From positions 32,001 to 96,000 of the IMG/VR virus record IMGVR_UViG_3300042922_000982: a DNA stretch of 64,000 nt; one strand, written 5' to 3'. Positions 18,580 to 27,664 of this stretch are shown here, piece after piece (positions within the stretch are counted from its first letter, which is position 1; every line of letters starts with the position of its first letter). The position numbers and the translations under genes were made by a program. Under the pieces are notes generated by a model. That model had not been told where the DNA came from, did not search any database, and saw only the letters and a list, made by a program, of their open reading frames with translations. This stretch comes from a virus.

Positions 18580-19092
18580 ATGGCACACCTGCGCAACCGC
18601 CGGGCCACCTGGATCACCAACGAGGACGCGTTCGATCGCGTGAGCAAGGCCCTCTGGGCCGAGTTGTTCGCGGACCTGTACCGCGAACAGCACCCCGGCG
18701 CCACCGAGGGCGAAATCTGGGCGGACGTCCAGAGGCGGCTCGCCCGGCTCGGCAGCGGCAGCCAGATGGCGCCCAAGCCCCGCACCGAGCGCGTGGCCGC
18801 CGACGTGCTGGCCGCAGCCAGCGAGCCGGTCATCCTGCGCGCGCTCAGCCACAACGGCCACGGCGGGCTCAAGGTGCTGCTCAACGTCGAGCGGGGGCCG
18901 TTCGGGCTCGGCCGCGTGCTGGTCTACGACGAGCGCGTGACGGCCGAGCCCGGCAAGAAGCCGCACGCCCGGCAGCCCGCCGGGCCGGTCAAGGCGCACC
19001 GCAGCCGCAAGGACGCGATCGCCTACCTGGTCGAGCTATGGTACGGCCCCGGCGCCCCGTTCACCATGCAAGACGCCAAGCGCGAGGACTGA
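18580..19092 (+). CDS. hypothetical protein
   Basis: AGGAG SD. Confidence 0.75.
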   Translation: MAHLRNRRATWITNEDAFDRVSKALWAELFADLYREQHPGATEGEIWADVQRRLARLGSGSQMAPKPRTERVAADVLAAASEPVILRALSHNGHGGLKVLLNVERGPFGLGRVLVYDERVTAEPGKKPHARQPAGPVKAHRSRKDAIAYLVELWYGPGAPFTMQDAKRED

Positions 19093-19113
19093 CGCCCGGC
19101 CGTCGGGCCGCCA

Positions 19114-19151
19114 GGAACGGTTTTTCACCCGCCTGGATAGTAGGCAGTAGG
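19114..19151 (+). promoter_or_regulatory. cassette promoter motif, copy 8
   Basis: GGAAC-N16-GGATA-N9-AGG. Confidence 0.8.
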
Positions 19152-19204
19152 GAGGGCTGGGCGGCACGCGCCGCGCGCCCCTCCCCCGTCAACGGAGCAA
19201 CGCC

Positions 19205-19555
19205 ATGACCACCACCGACAGACACCCGGCGATCGCCTACCCCATGTTCGACACCCACGGCTACTTCCATGGCATCGTCACGCCGGAGGGGGTCGCCGAT
19301 GGCTACACCTACACCCTGACCCACATGATCGCACCCGCCGAGTACGGCCCCCTGATCGGCCCCTACCAGCGCGCCTGGACGAAGCCGCCGATCGTGGCCG
19401 CCGCCACGGCGGTGTCGCACCGGGGCCTGCTGTGGCCGATCGTTACCGAGGGCGTGAACGCGGGCACCGCCTCCCTGCCCTGGGTGCCGAGCGCCGAGTG
19501 GTGCTACACCCCCAACATCCGCCTCTGGCCCTCGGGCTTCCACTCCATCGACTAG
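19205..19555 (+). CDS. hypothetical protein
   Basis: GGAG SD. Confidence 0.75.
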   Translation: MTTTDRHPAIAYPMFDTHGYFHGIVTPEGVADGYTYTLTHMIAPAEYGPLIGPYQRAWTKPPIVAAATAVSHRGLLWPIVTEGVNAGTASLPWVPSAEWCYTPNIRLWPSGFHSID

Positions 19556-19633
19556 CCTATGACCCGCACTCGAACAAGGTTTCGAGTGCGAACCCCTGCC
19601 CGCCCGGTATACAATCCCACAAGGAGAACCGCC

Positions 19634-20035
19634 ATGACCTTCGAGACCCTCATCCACGCCGAGGCCACGCCCCAGGCCCGCGAGCTGGCCCTGCACCAGC
19701 TGGTGGCCATCGGGCTGGTGCCCACCCCCCTTGCCGCCTGGCACACCGACGAGCTGCTGGTTGTGCACGAGGCCGACGTGCTCCGCCTGATCGCCGACGG
19801 CGTGCGCGGCCAGCTGGCCAGGGTCGAGCGCGGCTTGCGCTTCTTGGTCGACGGCTTCGAGGTGGCCACCGACTTCACCGACTCGGCCGACGCGATCTAC
19901 CCGATCGCCTTCTTGGTGCACGGCATCGTCGTCGGCAAGTTCACCACGCTCGCCGAGATGAACGCCGCCGTGCACACGCTCGCGCTCGCCTCGGTCGGCG
20001 ATCGCCTCACCGCCCTGCGGGGCCGCAAAACGTAA
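19634..20035 (+). CDS. hypothetical protein
   Basis: Start-associated motif; TACAAT at 19610. Confidence 0.8.
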   Translation: MTFETLIHAEATPQARELALHQLVAIGLVPTPLAAWHTDELLVVHEADVLRLIADGVRGQLARVERGLRFLVDGFEVATDFTDSADAIYPIAFLVHGIVVGKFTTLAEMNAAVHTLALASVGDRLTALRGRKT

Positions 20036-20065
20036 AGCTCACCCCCACACGAAAGGAGGCGCCCC

Positions 20066-20509
20066 ATGCGCGCTTGGCTACTTGCATTGACCCTCACGCT
20101 CCTGGCGGCCCTCCCGGCCGCCGCATCCCCCCTCTCGGTAGACGAGCTGACCTTCGCGGTCGGCCCCGCCTCCGGGCTCGAGGACGCCGAGCGGGACACC
20201 TTGTACCGCGCCAAGTACGCGCACCGGGCGCTCGCCGTCACCGGCGGCCTGCTCTACGTCGACATCAACAAGGACGGCTCGCTCACGGCCACCCTGGCGA
20301 TCGCATCGGAGACCATGACCGGCAAGACGGCCTTCGTGCACCTGGCGGCCGGGCAGCGTGACAAGCTGCGCCGGGTGCCGCACGGCGGCCGGGTGACCGC
20401 CACCGGCAAGCTCTACGTCTACCAGGGGCTGCCGAGCGTGATCACCAGCATGCGCAGCCCCTACTTCACGGGCGCCGACGTGGTGATCTACGACGCCCAC
20501 ATCCGCTAA
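20066..20509 (+). CDS. exported OB-fold protein (tRNA_anti-like)
   Basis: Signal peptide MRAWLLALTLTLLAALPAAA; AKY...LAVTG...VTATGKL pattern. Confidence 0.6.
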   Translation: MRAWLLALTLTLLAALPAAASPLSVDELTFAVGPASGLEDAERDTLYRAKYAHRALAVTGGLLYVDINKDGSLTATLAIASETMTGKTAFVHLAAGQRDKLRRVPHGGRVTATGKLYVYQGLPSVITSMRSPYFTGADVVIYDAHIR

Positions 20510-20540
20510 CCCTAACATCACCCCATCAAGGAGAACCGCC

Positions 20541-20819
20541 ATGCTCAAGATCGACCGCCTTCAAGCCCAATGCCGCGCCGGGGGGGCGCCCACCGCCCAG
20601 GACGGGCTGTGGCTGGTGGAGAAGGTCAACCAGCTGCGTCACGCCCTGGCCATGCAAAGCACCCAGGTGGCCATTCCGCACCCGCTTGTCATGCAAATGG
20701 CCTCCAAGGACGCCGAACGCGCCCTGCTGGATGCCTGCCTGGAGGACGGCGCCGAGGAGCCGCCGCGCGGCAACGAGTCCTGGGCCGAGTGGGGCCTCGA
20801 CAAGCCCGCCAAGCAGTAG
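20541..20819 (+). CDS. hypothetical protein
   Basis: Start-associated motif. Confidence 0.75.
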   Translation: MLKIDRLQAQCRAGGAPTAQDGLWLVEKVNQLRHALAMQSTQVAIPHPLVMQMASKDAERALLDACLEDGAEEPPRGNESWAEWGLDKPAKQ

Positions 20820-20871
20820 CGTGAGATCAGAGCTTATCAACCGCCCCGCGCGGGCAGAAAGAGAGGACACC

Positions 20872-21072
20872 ATGACCACCAAGCGCATGTGGGAGGAAAA
20901 CCCTTTTCACGAGCTGCATTTCGCCAATGAGAATCTTTGGCTGATTGCTCAGGCCCTCAACGGCAAGCCTTGGGATGCCGAGGCGGCCCACCGAGTTGCA
21001 GACATCCTGAAGAACATCGGCTACAAGATCGAGGCGAAGGCAAACGACATGAACAACTTCTATGCCGGTTGA
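20872..21072 (+). CDS. small hypothetical protein, lower GC
   Basis: GAGGA SD; MTTKRMWEENPF... Confidence 0.7.
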   Translation: MTTKRMWEENPFHELHFANENLWLIAQALNGKPWDAEAAHRVADILKNIGYKIEAKANDMNNFYAG

Positions 21073-21088
21073 GTTGTAGAGGTATCAG

Positions 21089-21217
21089 ATGGACGCCAAC
21101 GGCTTTGAACAGTGGATGTGCGCCGTCGTGCAAGACGCTGAGCGGCATTGGGCCAAGCAGGCGAGCCGACGACGAGCCCGCCTCAAGCGTAAGCGCCGAC
21201 AACGGCGACAGAGTTGA
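21089..21217 (+). CDS. Arg-rich peptide (42 aa, not in ORF track)
   Basis: GAGGT SD; MDANGFEQWMCAVVQDAERHWAKQASRRRARLKRKRRQRRQS. Confidence 0.5.
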   Translation: MDANGFEQWMCAVVQDAERHWAKQASRRRARLKRKRRQRRQS

Positions 21218-21291
21218 AGTAGAACATCAAGTCTGGATCACCGGGGCACCCGCGAGGGTGCCCCTTCTTGCGACAACGAAAGGAGGCCCCC

Positions 21292-21708
21292 GTGGCCATC
21301 AAACCCTTCACCTGGCCGAGCCCGGCGGTCACGCCGGACGCCCGGCGCATTAACTGGGAGCTGGCATGCATGTTCCACATCAGCGAGCCACCCTTTAAGC
21401 GGCGCCTGGCCCCGGCCGGGGAGTGGGCCAGCTCGAATGCCATTGTGGGCGGCCTGCGGTGGGCCGTGAGCGCCAGCGGCATGGTCATCGTGAAGGCTGC
21501 CTATTCGCGCGAGGATCGCCCCGACGGTATGATCGGGACCGACGCCGCGCGCCTGACCATCACCCCGGATCACCGTGCCACCTTCGAGGTGAGCTACCCC
21601 AGCCGTGTCTCGGACGAGCAGCGCGAGTCGCTCACCCGAGTCGCCAAGTGGCTGATCGGCGACGCCGTCGTCCTCGGCCAGGTGCTGCAAGCGATCGAGG
21701 CTACCTGA
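21292..21708 (+). CDS. hypothetical protein
   Basis: AAGGAGG + GTG. Confidence 0.75.
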   Translation: MAIKPFTWPSPAVTPDARRINWELACMFHISEPPFKRRLAPAGEWASSNAIVGGLRWAVSASGMVIVKAAYSREDRPDGMIGTDAARLTITPDHRATFEVSYPSRVSDEQRESLTRVAKWLIGDAVVLGQVLQAIEAT

Positions 21709-21773
21709 CCCCGACGCCTGCCGCCCACCCGTTACCCCCACCCCCGTTACCCCCATCGATAAGGAGAACCGCC

Positions 21774-22589
21774 ATGACCATCGAGACCCCCAACACCGAG
21801 CCCCGCCGCGCCCTCGCGTTCGGCTACCACCACCCCGCGATTCAAGACTCCAAGGCCGCCTGGGGCGCCCGCGCCATCATCAAGAACGGCGTGCTGGACA
21901 TCGTCTGGGACCGCTGCGATCGCATCGGCACCGACGCCGACTTCGCCCCCATGCGCGCCATCCTCGAGGGCGGCGCGCTGGCCCGCGTGCATCGGGTCGT
22001 GAAGGCGTACTACAACCAGGGCGTGGTGCGCAACGACAAGGCCGCCGAGGTCACGCTCTACCTCGACGACACGATCATGATCGTCGGCAACACGAACGGC
22101 TCGTACGGCTACATGTACCTGGCCGCCTTCTACACCGACGAGGCGGCGGGCCAGGTGCGCCGCACCCTGTACCGCACCACCACCGAGCTGGCCGCCGAGA
22201 CCTGGCTCGCCCAGCTCTACACGCCCGACGGGGTGCGCGTGGGCACCTTCGACGGCTACACCCGCGAGGACCTGATCATGGCCTCGGACGCCGCGATGAT
22301 CGCCGACATGGCGGTGGACATCGTCCCGGCGCCCGACGGCTTCAAGCCGCAGCCGCTGCCGAAGCGGGCCTTCGGCTACGAGATGGTCAAGGCGACCCTC
22401 TTCAAGACCGAGCGGTGCCCGGTGAAGGACGTCCCGCTCTACGGCTCCTGGATCCTGAAGGTGAAGGATACCGCGACCGGCGAGTGGGCGGCGCCGTGGA
22501 GCAGCCACTTCGGCAAGAACGAGGCCAAGGCTCAGCTCAAGCTGCTCAAGGCGATCCACAAGGGCTCGACCTTCACGGAGGTCAAGTAG
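21774..22589 (+). CDS. CbeA/YeeU (YagB/YafW/YfjZ) type IV antitoxin-like N-terminal domain with C-terminal extension
   Basis: WGARAII...DR..RIG and EVTLY...GNTNGSYGYMYLAAF resemble YeeU-family FGARLVQ...DRAGIRG and TVTLY...ADTL.SC.YVYLAVY (recalled). Confidence 0.7.
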   Translation: MTIETPNTEPRRALAFGYHHPAIQDSKAAWGARAIIKNGVLDIVWDRCDRIGTDADFAPMRAILEGGALARVHRVVKAYYNQGVVRNDKAAEVTLYLDDTIMIVGNTNGSYGYMYLAAFYTDEAAGQVRRTLYRTTTELAAETWLAQLYTPDGVRVGTFDGYTREDLIMASDAAMIADMAVDIVPAPDGFKPQPLPKRAFGYEMVKATLFKTERCPVKDVPLYGSWILKVKDTATGEWAAPWSSHFGKNEAKAQLKLLKAIHKGSTFTEVK

Positions 22590-22591
22590 CC

Positions 22592-23119
22592 ATGGGCATG
22601 AACCTCAACGGCATCCTGGCCAAGATCGTGGCGGACTCCGAAAGGAGCCCGCTGAGCGCGCCCCAGCAGGGGCCGCTCACGCTCGCTGAGCACCTGTACC
22701 TCTACCCGCAGCCGTGCCCCTACCCCCTGCCGCTGCCGACGGCCACGGTGCGCGAGCTGTACAAGGAGACGCACATCCGCCAGGGCAGCTGGCGCGGGCG
22801 CGAGGACGGCTACAACCACCTCATGCAGGCGGCGAACGCCTACCGCGACGCGGGCGAGGCGCTGCGGCTGGCGCTGCCGTTCGCGACCGGGGTGGCCTAC
22901 GCCTACAGCCCGCGCGAGAACGTCGGCTCGCGCGGGGGCGATCACATCGTCTGCCGCGAGGCCATCGAGATCGACCGGCTCAAGCGGCCGAAGGGCAACA
23001 CGCTCTGCCAGCCGCCATCCAAGCGGTTCTGGGGGCTCGATGAGCGATCCGGCTACCCGAGCTGCCTGGACTGCTTGACGATCGCCGAGCGGATCGTCAG
23101 AAAGGGGTTGCAGCGATGA
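22592..23119 (+). CDS. hypothetical protein with C-terminal H-C-CxxC Zn finger
   Basis: GGAGG SD; DHIVC...NTLC...SCLDC. Confidence 0.75.
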   Translation: MGMNLNGILAKIVADSERSPLSAPQQGPLTLAEHLYLYPQPCPYPLPLPTATVRELYKETHIRQGSWRGREDGYNHLMQAANAYRDAGEALRLALPFATGVAYAYSPRENVGSRGGDHIVCREAIEIDRLKRPKGNTLCQPPSKRFWGLDERSGYPSCLDCLTIAERIVRKGLQR

Positions 23120-23415
23120 GCACCGTGATCCATTGGCGTCCGGCCGGGGTGCTGGCGGGCGCCTACCCCGGCGCCAAGCGGGGGCACACCTTCGCCCTCG
23201 ATCGGGGCGTCACCCATGCCGAGGTGCTGCGCGCGTTTCGGCTCGGCCGGTTCTCACGCGAGCCGAACGAGGCGCTGTGCCGGGGCGTGCAGCGCGAGAA
23301 CCTCGGCGATCGCTTCGGTACGGACCCCGACGATCAGGTGACGTGCCCCCGCTGCCAGGACTTGCTGTCCCGGCACGCCAACGAACGGCACGATCCACTC
23401 GAGGATTTCTTCTAG
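23116..23415 (+). CDS. H-C-CxxC Zn-finger protein, similar to the upstream C-terminus
   Basis: ATGA overlap; THAEV...EALC...TCPRC. Confidence 0.75.
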   Translation: MSTVIHWRPAGVLAGAYPGAKRGHTFALDRGVTHAEVLRAFRLGRFSREPNEALCRGVQRENLGDRFGTDPDDQVTCPRCQDLLSRHANERHDPLEDFF

Positions 23416-23423
23416 GGCCCCCA

Positions 23424-23461
23424 GGAACGGTTTTTTCGGGGCCTGGATAGTAGATAGTAGG
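23424..23461 (+). promoter_or_regulatory. cassette promoter motif, copy 9
   Basis: GGAAC-N16-GGATA-N9-AGG. Confidence 0.8.
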
Positions 23462-23522
23462 GAGGGGGCCGGGCAACCGGCGCCCCTCCTCCGCTACCCC
23501 CACCGACGAAAGGACACCCGCC

Positions 23523-23957
23523 ATGAACACCAAGAACCCGCACCTCCCCACCCACAAGGGCGCCCACACCAAGGGCCCGAACCACTGGATCATCACCCGC
23601 GATCACTTCGCCGACGCGAACGAGCGCATGGGCACCAACGCCAACGCGCCCGGCGTGCGCTCGCGCAAATGCCCGATCGACCCCGACCTGACCGGCCTCA
23701 CCGCCGATCAGGCCGCCGAGAAGATCGCAAAGCTCGCCAAGGCGGCGGGCATGACCCTGCGCTTCCGCCTGCTCGCCGACGGCGATTCGGACGGCGAGCT
23801 GGAGCTTGTCTACGAGGGCTACATGATGCCCTTCGACCGCCACAACGAGAACGCCGACGGCTTCGAGCCGCAGGACAACTTCGGCGAGGGCAACTTCGGC
23901 ACCACCACGCTCCAGTACTGGAAGCCCGGCAAGGGCGGCGGCTGGGCGATCCTGTAA
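23523..23957 (+). CDS. hypothetical phage protein
   Basis: AAAGGA SD. Confidence 0.8.
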   Translation: MNTKNPHLPTHKGAHTKGPNHWIITRDHFADANERMGTNANAPGVRSRKCPIDPDLTGLTADQAAEKIAKLAKAAGMTLRFRLLADGDSDGELELVYEGYMMPFDRHNENADGFEPQDNFGEGNFGTTTLQYWKPGKGGGWAIL

Positions 23958-24022
23958 CCGCACCCCCAAGACCCCCACGCCCCGGCGCCGCAAGCGCCGG
24001 GGCCTTCAAGGAGAATCGCCCC

Positions 24023-24646
24023 ATGTCCCACGAACACCAGATGGCCTACCAGACCTCCCAATCTCGCGGCGTGCCGGTCGGCGACGCCCTCTTGATCAAG
24101 CGGGTCCGCGAGGACGGCCTCTTCGCGGTTGTTGAGCACGCCCCGAACTACTGCCGCCACACCGACGCCCTCTTGCCCGGCGTGACGCGCTACCTGCGCG
24201 GGGCCTACACCACGCGCCAGGAGGCCGCCGAGCGCTGCGCGCTCGCCGCCGACACGCCCGGCAACGAGTCGGCCTACAGCGTGGAGGAGCCCACCTTCAA
24301 GCCGGGCTTCGACCCGCGCCTGGGCGCGCCCTACGAGCGCTTCGCGCGCGGCTACGAACAGGCCCTCACCGATCGCCGCGAGAAGGGGCACGACCCCAAG
24401 GTGCTGCTGGCCCCCACCAAGGACGGCGGCTTCGTCATGCAAGACCGCGACGCTTTCCACTTCGACGGCTACGAGCGCGGCCTGGTGGCCACCGCCGCGC
24501 CCGAGATCACCGGCCCGGTGCCGGGTGTCGAGGAGGCGTGGCACCTGTACCAGCGCGATTGGGCCAGCGAGTACGCCCTGCTGGCCATCGACTCGCACGA
24601 CGCCTGGGCGGCGGCCGTGTGGATCGCCCCCTTCATGCACGAATAG
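24023..24646 (+). CDS. hypothetical protein
   Basis: AAGGAG SD. Confidence 0.8.
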   Translation: MSHEHQMAYQTSQSRGVPVGDALLIKRVREDGLFAVVEHAPNYCRHTDALLPGVTRYLRGAYTTRQEAAERCALAADTPGNESAYSVEEPTFKPGFDPRLGAPYERFARGYEQALTDRREKGHDPKVLLAPTKDGGFVMQDRDAFHFDGYERGLVATAAPEITGPVPGVEEAWHLYQRDWASEYALLAIDSHDAWAAAVWIAPFMHE

Positions 24647-24724
24647 CCCCACCGGCGCCCGGCCCCACCGGGCGCCCCGTTGTCCCCACCGCCAACCGGC
24701 CCAAACGGGCCAAGGAGAACCGCC

Positions 24725-25225
24725 ATGCACCCTCAGTCCTTCCCCATGGGCCCGTACGGGGCCGCCTACTTGACGCCGGATCCGTCCGGCACGAACGTCG
24801 AGCTTCACCTCTTCACGCCGGGCGAACCGCTCGGGTATGCCTTCATTGACGGCCGCCGCGCCATCCTGCACCTGCACCGGCTGCTCTACCGGGCCACGAC
24901 GGCCAAGGCGGACGCCCGGACGGGAGATGTGCCCGTGTTCCTCGAGATCCTCGAGGGCACCGAGATCACGGCGCGCGTCTCGGGGGTCGCCCCGAACCGC
25001 GACGCCGGGCGGGGCAGCGTGCGCTTGTTCGAGCCGATCGGGCATCGCTACACCGATGGCGAGATCTACGCGGATCGCACGCACGACAAGCCCGCGCGCT
25101 TCTTCATGGTGGAGGGCTACGGCCACCTGAGCGATCTCCGCGAGGCGATCGCCGTTTACCTGGGCGTCGACGAGGGTGCCATTGCGGAAGAGCTGGGTAT
25201 CACCGATGCGGAATTGGGAGGGTAA
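24725..25225 (+). CDS. hypothetical protein
   Basis: Start-associated motif. Confidence 0.8.
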   Translation: MHPQSFPMGPYGAAYLTPDPSGTNVELHLFTPGEPLGYAFIDGRRAILHLHRLLYRATTAKADARTGDVPVFLEILEGTEITARVSGVAPNRDAGRGSVRLFEPIGHRYTDGEIYADRTHDKPARFFMVEGYGHLSDLREAIAVYLGVDEGAIAEELGITDAELGG

Positions 25226-25229
25226 GATC

Positions 25230-25607
25230 ATGACCATGCAAATCGGATCGTACATCGTCACGCAGCCCACCACGTTCGACGGGGTGGGCGGGGGCCAGGT
25301 TGTCGTCGCCCCCGGCACCTACCCGGTCACGGGCTCGCTCAACATCGACGGGTCGGTGGTCGACTTGTGGGTGATCGCCAAGATGCCCGCCACCGAGGTG
25401 GGCTCGGAGCGCGCTGTGCCGCACGCGATCGCCATGCGCGGCGCGGACCTGGCCCGGCAACTGCTCGACGGCACCTCGCCGGTCACCCTCGCGGGCGGCT
25501 TCGAGGCCATCGGGGTCGGCCCCATCGTCACGCACAACCAGGGCACGCCGCAAGAGGCCACCTTCCAGCGCGCCCGCATCGTTCGAAAGGCTCACACCCT
25601 TGTCTAA
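25230..25607 (+). CDS. hypothetical beta-rich protein
   Basis: GGAGG SD. Confidence 0.75.
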   Translation: MTMQIGSYIVTQPTTFDGVGGGQVVVAPGTYPVTGSLNIDGSVVDLWVIAKMPATEVGSERAVPHAIAMRGADLARQLLDGTSPVTLAGGFEAIGVGPIVTHNQGTPQEATFQRARIVRKAHTLV

Positions 25608-26010
25608 TCACTACTGGCTCGGCGAGACGATCGCCGTCACGCAGCGCGACGGGCGCGGCGTGTTCATCTGGAACGGCCGCGAGTTCGACTCGCCCAAGTC
25701 GGCGCAAGAGGCCATCGGCGCGGAGCTTGAGGCCAACATGGCCGCGCTCAAGGCGCAGGGGCTCACCGCCTACGGCTTCACGGGCTACATGACGGGCAGC
25801 AGCACGCAGATGCGCGTGGTGGTGGCCGCCAAGAGCAAGGCGGCGATCGCCCGCGCCATCGGGGCGCGGACGCCGCCCGTGTGCACGCCGACCGGCAACC
25901 CGGCGGATCTTCGGGCGGCTGCAAGCAAGCCTGGCGCCTTCTTCGCCAAGCCGCTCGCCGGGTACGGGCAAGCACTCAGCGAGGTCGACCCTACCAAGAT
26001 CCGGGCCTGA
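25600..26010 (+). CDS. hypothetical protein
   Basis: Overlapping co-oriented ORF, TTG start. Confidence 0.7.
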   Translation: MSNHYWLGETIAVTQRDGRGVFIWNGREFDSPKSAQEAIGAELEANMAALKAQGLTAYGFTGYMTGSSTQMRVVVAAKSKAAIARAIGARTPPVCTPTGNPADLRAAASKPGAFFAKPLAGYGQALSEVDPTKIRA

Positions 26011-26045
26011 TGCGGTATCATGGCGGTCCTTGAGGGAGGACCGCC

Positions 26046-26369
26046 ATGACCTCGTTTGACCCGCTCGCCCCCGACTACGGCTGCGACCTCGCACGCCACT
26101 TCCCCGCGCCCAAGTCGGCCGAGGAGCTGATCACCCTGCTGGCCGAGGGGGGCGGCAAGCCCCCCGGCGAGCTGGCGCTCGAATTGGCTCGCGACGCCTG
26201 GCCGCAGCACGACATCGCGAGCGCGCGCATCGTCGGCAACACCCTGGAAGCCCAGCTGGCCGTGCCGATCAACGTCATCACCATCACGGCCAGCTGGACC
26301 CCCAGCACGACCCCCGCCATGCCCGCCACGGAGACCCCCGCCGATGCCGACCGCCCCGACGCCCCCTGA
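26046..26369 (+). CDS. hypothetical protein
   Basis: GGAGGACCGCC-ATG. Confidence 0.75.
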   Translation: MTSFDPLAPDYGCDLARHFPAPKSAEELITLLAEGGGKPPGELALELARDAWPQHDIASARIVGNTLEAQLAVPINVITITASWTPSTTPAMPATETPADADRPDAP

Positions 26370-26559
26370 GCCCTTTCAAGAGCCCTCCGTGGCCGAGCAG
26401 CTGGCCACCGCGCACACCATCATCGGGCGCCAGCGCGTGAGCCTCGAGACCCTGCAAGCCGAGCTGGCCAAGGTGCAGGCCAACATGGCCACGCTGCGCG
26501 CCGAGCGCAACCACCTGCGCGATCGCCTCGCGGCCCTGGAACACCCGCATGACTTCTAG
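26344..26559 (+). CDS. small coiled-coil protein
   Basis: Heptad pattern LETLQAELAKVQANMATLRAERNHLRDRLAALE. Confidence 0.7.
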   Translation: MPTAPTPPEPFQEPSVAEQLATAHTIIGRQRVSLETLQAELAKVQANMATLRAERNHLRDRLAALEHPHDF

Positions 26560-27052
26560 CCACCGCCGCCCCGCGCGCGACAACGTGGCCGCATGGGGCG
26601 GGGACCTCATTCACGCCCGACTGGGCGCCTACCCGACCGGCTTCGGGGCGGCGTACGCCTACGACACCGGCCGGTGGCGCGTCCGGTTCGTGTGGGGCGG
26701 CACCGAGACGGTGGTGTCGGGCGGCGGCTTCATCGAGACGTTCACCGACGGGCTCAAAGGCGTGTTCACCTCGGCGCGCGCGGCCGGGGCGAGCGCGCGC
26801 AAGGGCGCCTGGGTCGAGCCGCCGCGCATGGCCGACCCCGGCCGCATCCCCGAGTGGATCGACGGCCTGCTCTCGCCGGTGATCGGCGGCGGGGCCAACG
26901 GGCTCGGGCTCTCCGACTTCGGGCTCGCGTACAATTTCACCGACCACACCTGGCGCTGCGTCTTGCGCCAGGGCCCGGCGCGCTGGGAGGCGCGCCACAA
27001 ATACATCGAGGACGCGGTGGCGCAGGCCGCCTACCGTGCAATGGGGCGATAG
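26549..27052 (+). CDS. hypothetical protein with two similar halves
   Basis: GFGAAYAYDTGRWRVRF / DFGLAYNFTDHTWRCVL. Confidence 0.75.
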   Translation: MTSSHRRPARDNVAAWGGDLIHARLGAYPTGFGAAYAYDTGRWRVRFVWGGTETVVSGGGFIETFTDGLKGVFTSARAAGASARKGAWVEPPRMADPGRIPEWIDGLLSPVIGGGANGLGLSDFGLAYNFTDHTWRCVLRQGPARWEARHKYIEDAVAQAAYRAMGR

Positions 27053-27071
27053 CCCCGAAAGGAGAACCGCC

Positions 27072-27638
27072 ATGTTCAATCCCATCGGCACGCCCAAGGG
27101 CAAGCCCACCGCGCTCGATGATCGCACCGAGCTGGTCGTCTATGCTCGATCCGGGCGCAACCCGCTTTACGTGATCGTTCAGGACGGCGTCAACGTTGTC
27201 GCGCTCGAAAGCGAGGGCACCAGCGGCTGGCGCATCGAAATGCACACCGCCCCCGTCGGCAAGGGGCCCTTCGGCTACTTGCGCCTGCGCCCGTACGGCC
27301 AGCACGACAAGAACTTCTTCGGCAAGGATGAGGCCCTGGCTGCGGCGCGCGCGGCGCTCGCCTACTCGCTCGGCGACTGGATGCGCTACCAGGCCGCATC
27401 CGAGCGCAGCAAGCTGATCGAGCGCACCCACCGCGTCGCGAAAGACCTCGTCTTCACGCACAAGCAACTTCAGGAGCGATACAACGACTTCAAGGAGGTC
27501 TCGACCAACACCAACGGGCTCATGGATCTCGCCAGGGGCCTCGACCTCATGAAAGAGGCGCAGCAGCGCATCGAGTCGGCGGCCAAGGCGCTAAAAGACG
27601 ACGCGTTCCTCGACCTCGGGCTTCCCGTCACCCCGTAA
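27072..27638 (+). CDS. hypothetical protein
   Basis: Start-associated motif. Confidence 0.8.
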   Translation: MFNPIGTPKGKPTALDDRTELVVYARSGRNPLYVIVQDGVNVVALESEGTSGWRIEMHTAPVGKGPFGYLRLRPYGQHDKNFFGKDEALAAARAALAYSLGDWMRYQAASERSKLIERTHRVAKDLVFTHKQLQERYNDFKEVSTNTNGLMDLARGLDLMKEAQQRIESAAKALKDDAFLDLGLPVTP

Positions 27639-27664
27639 TCCCCACCACGACAAGGAGAACCGCC

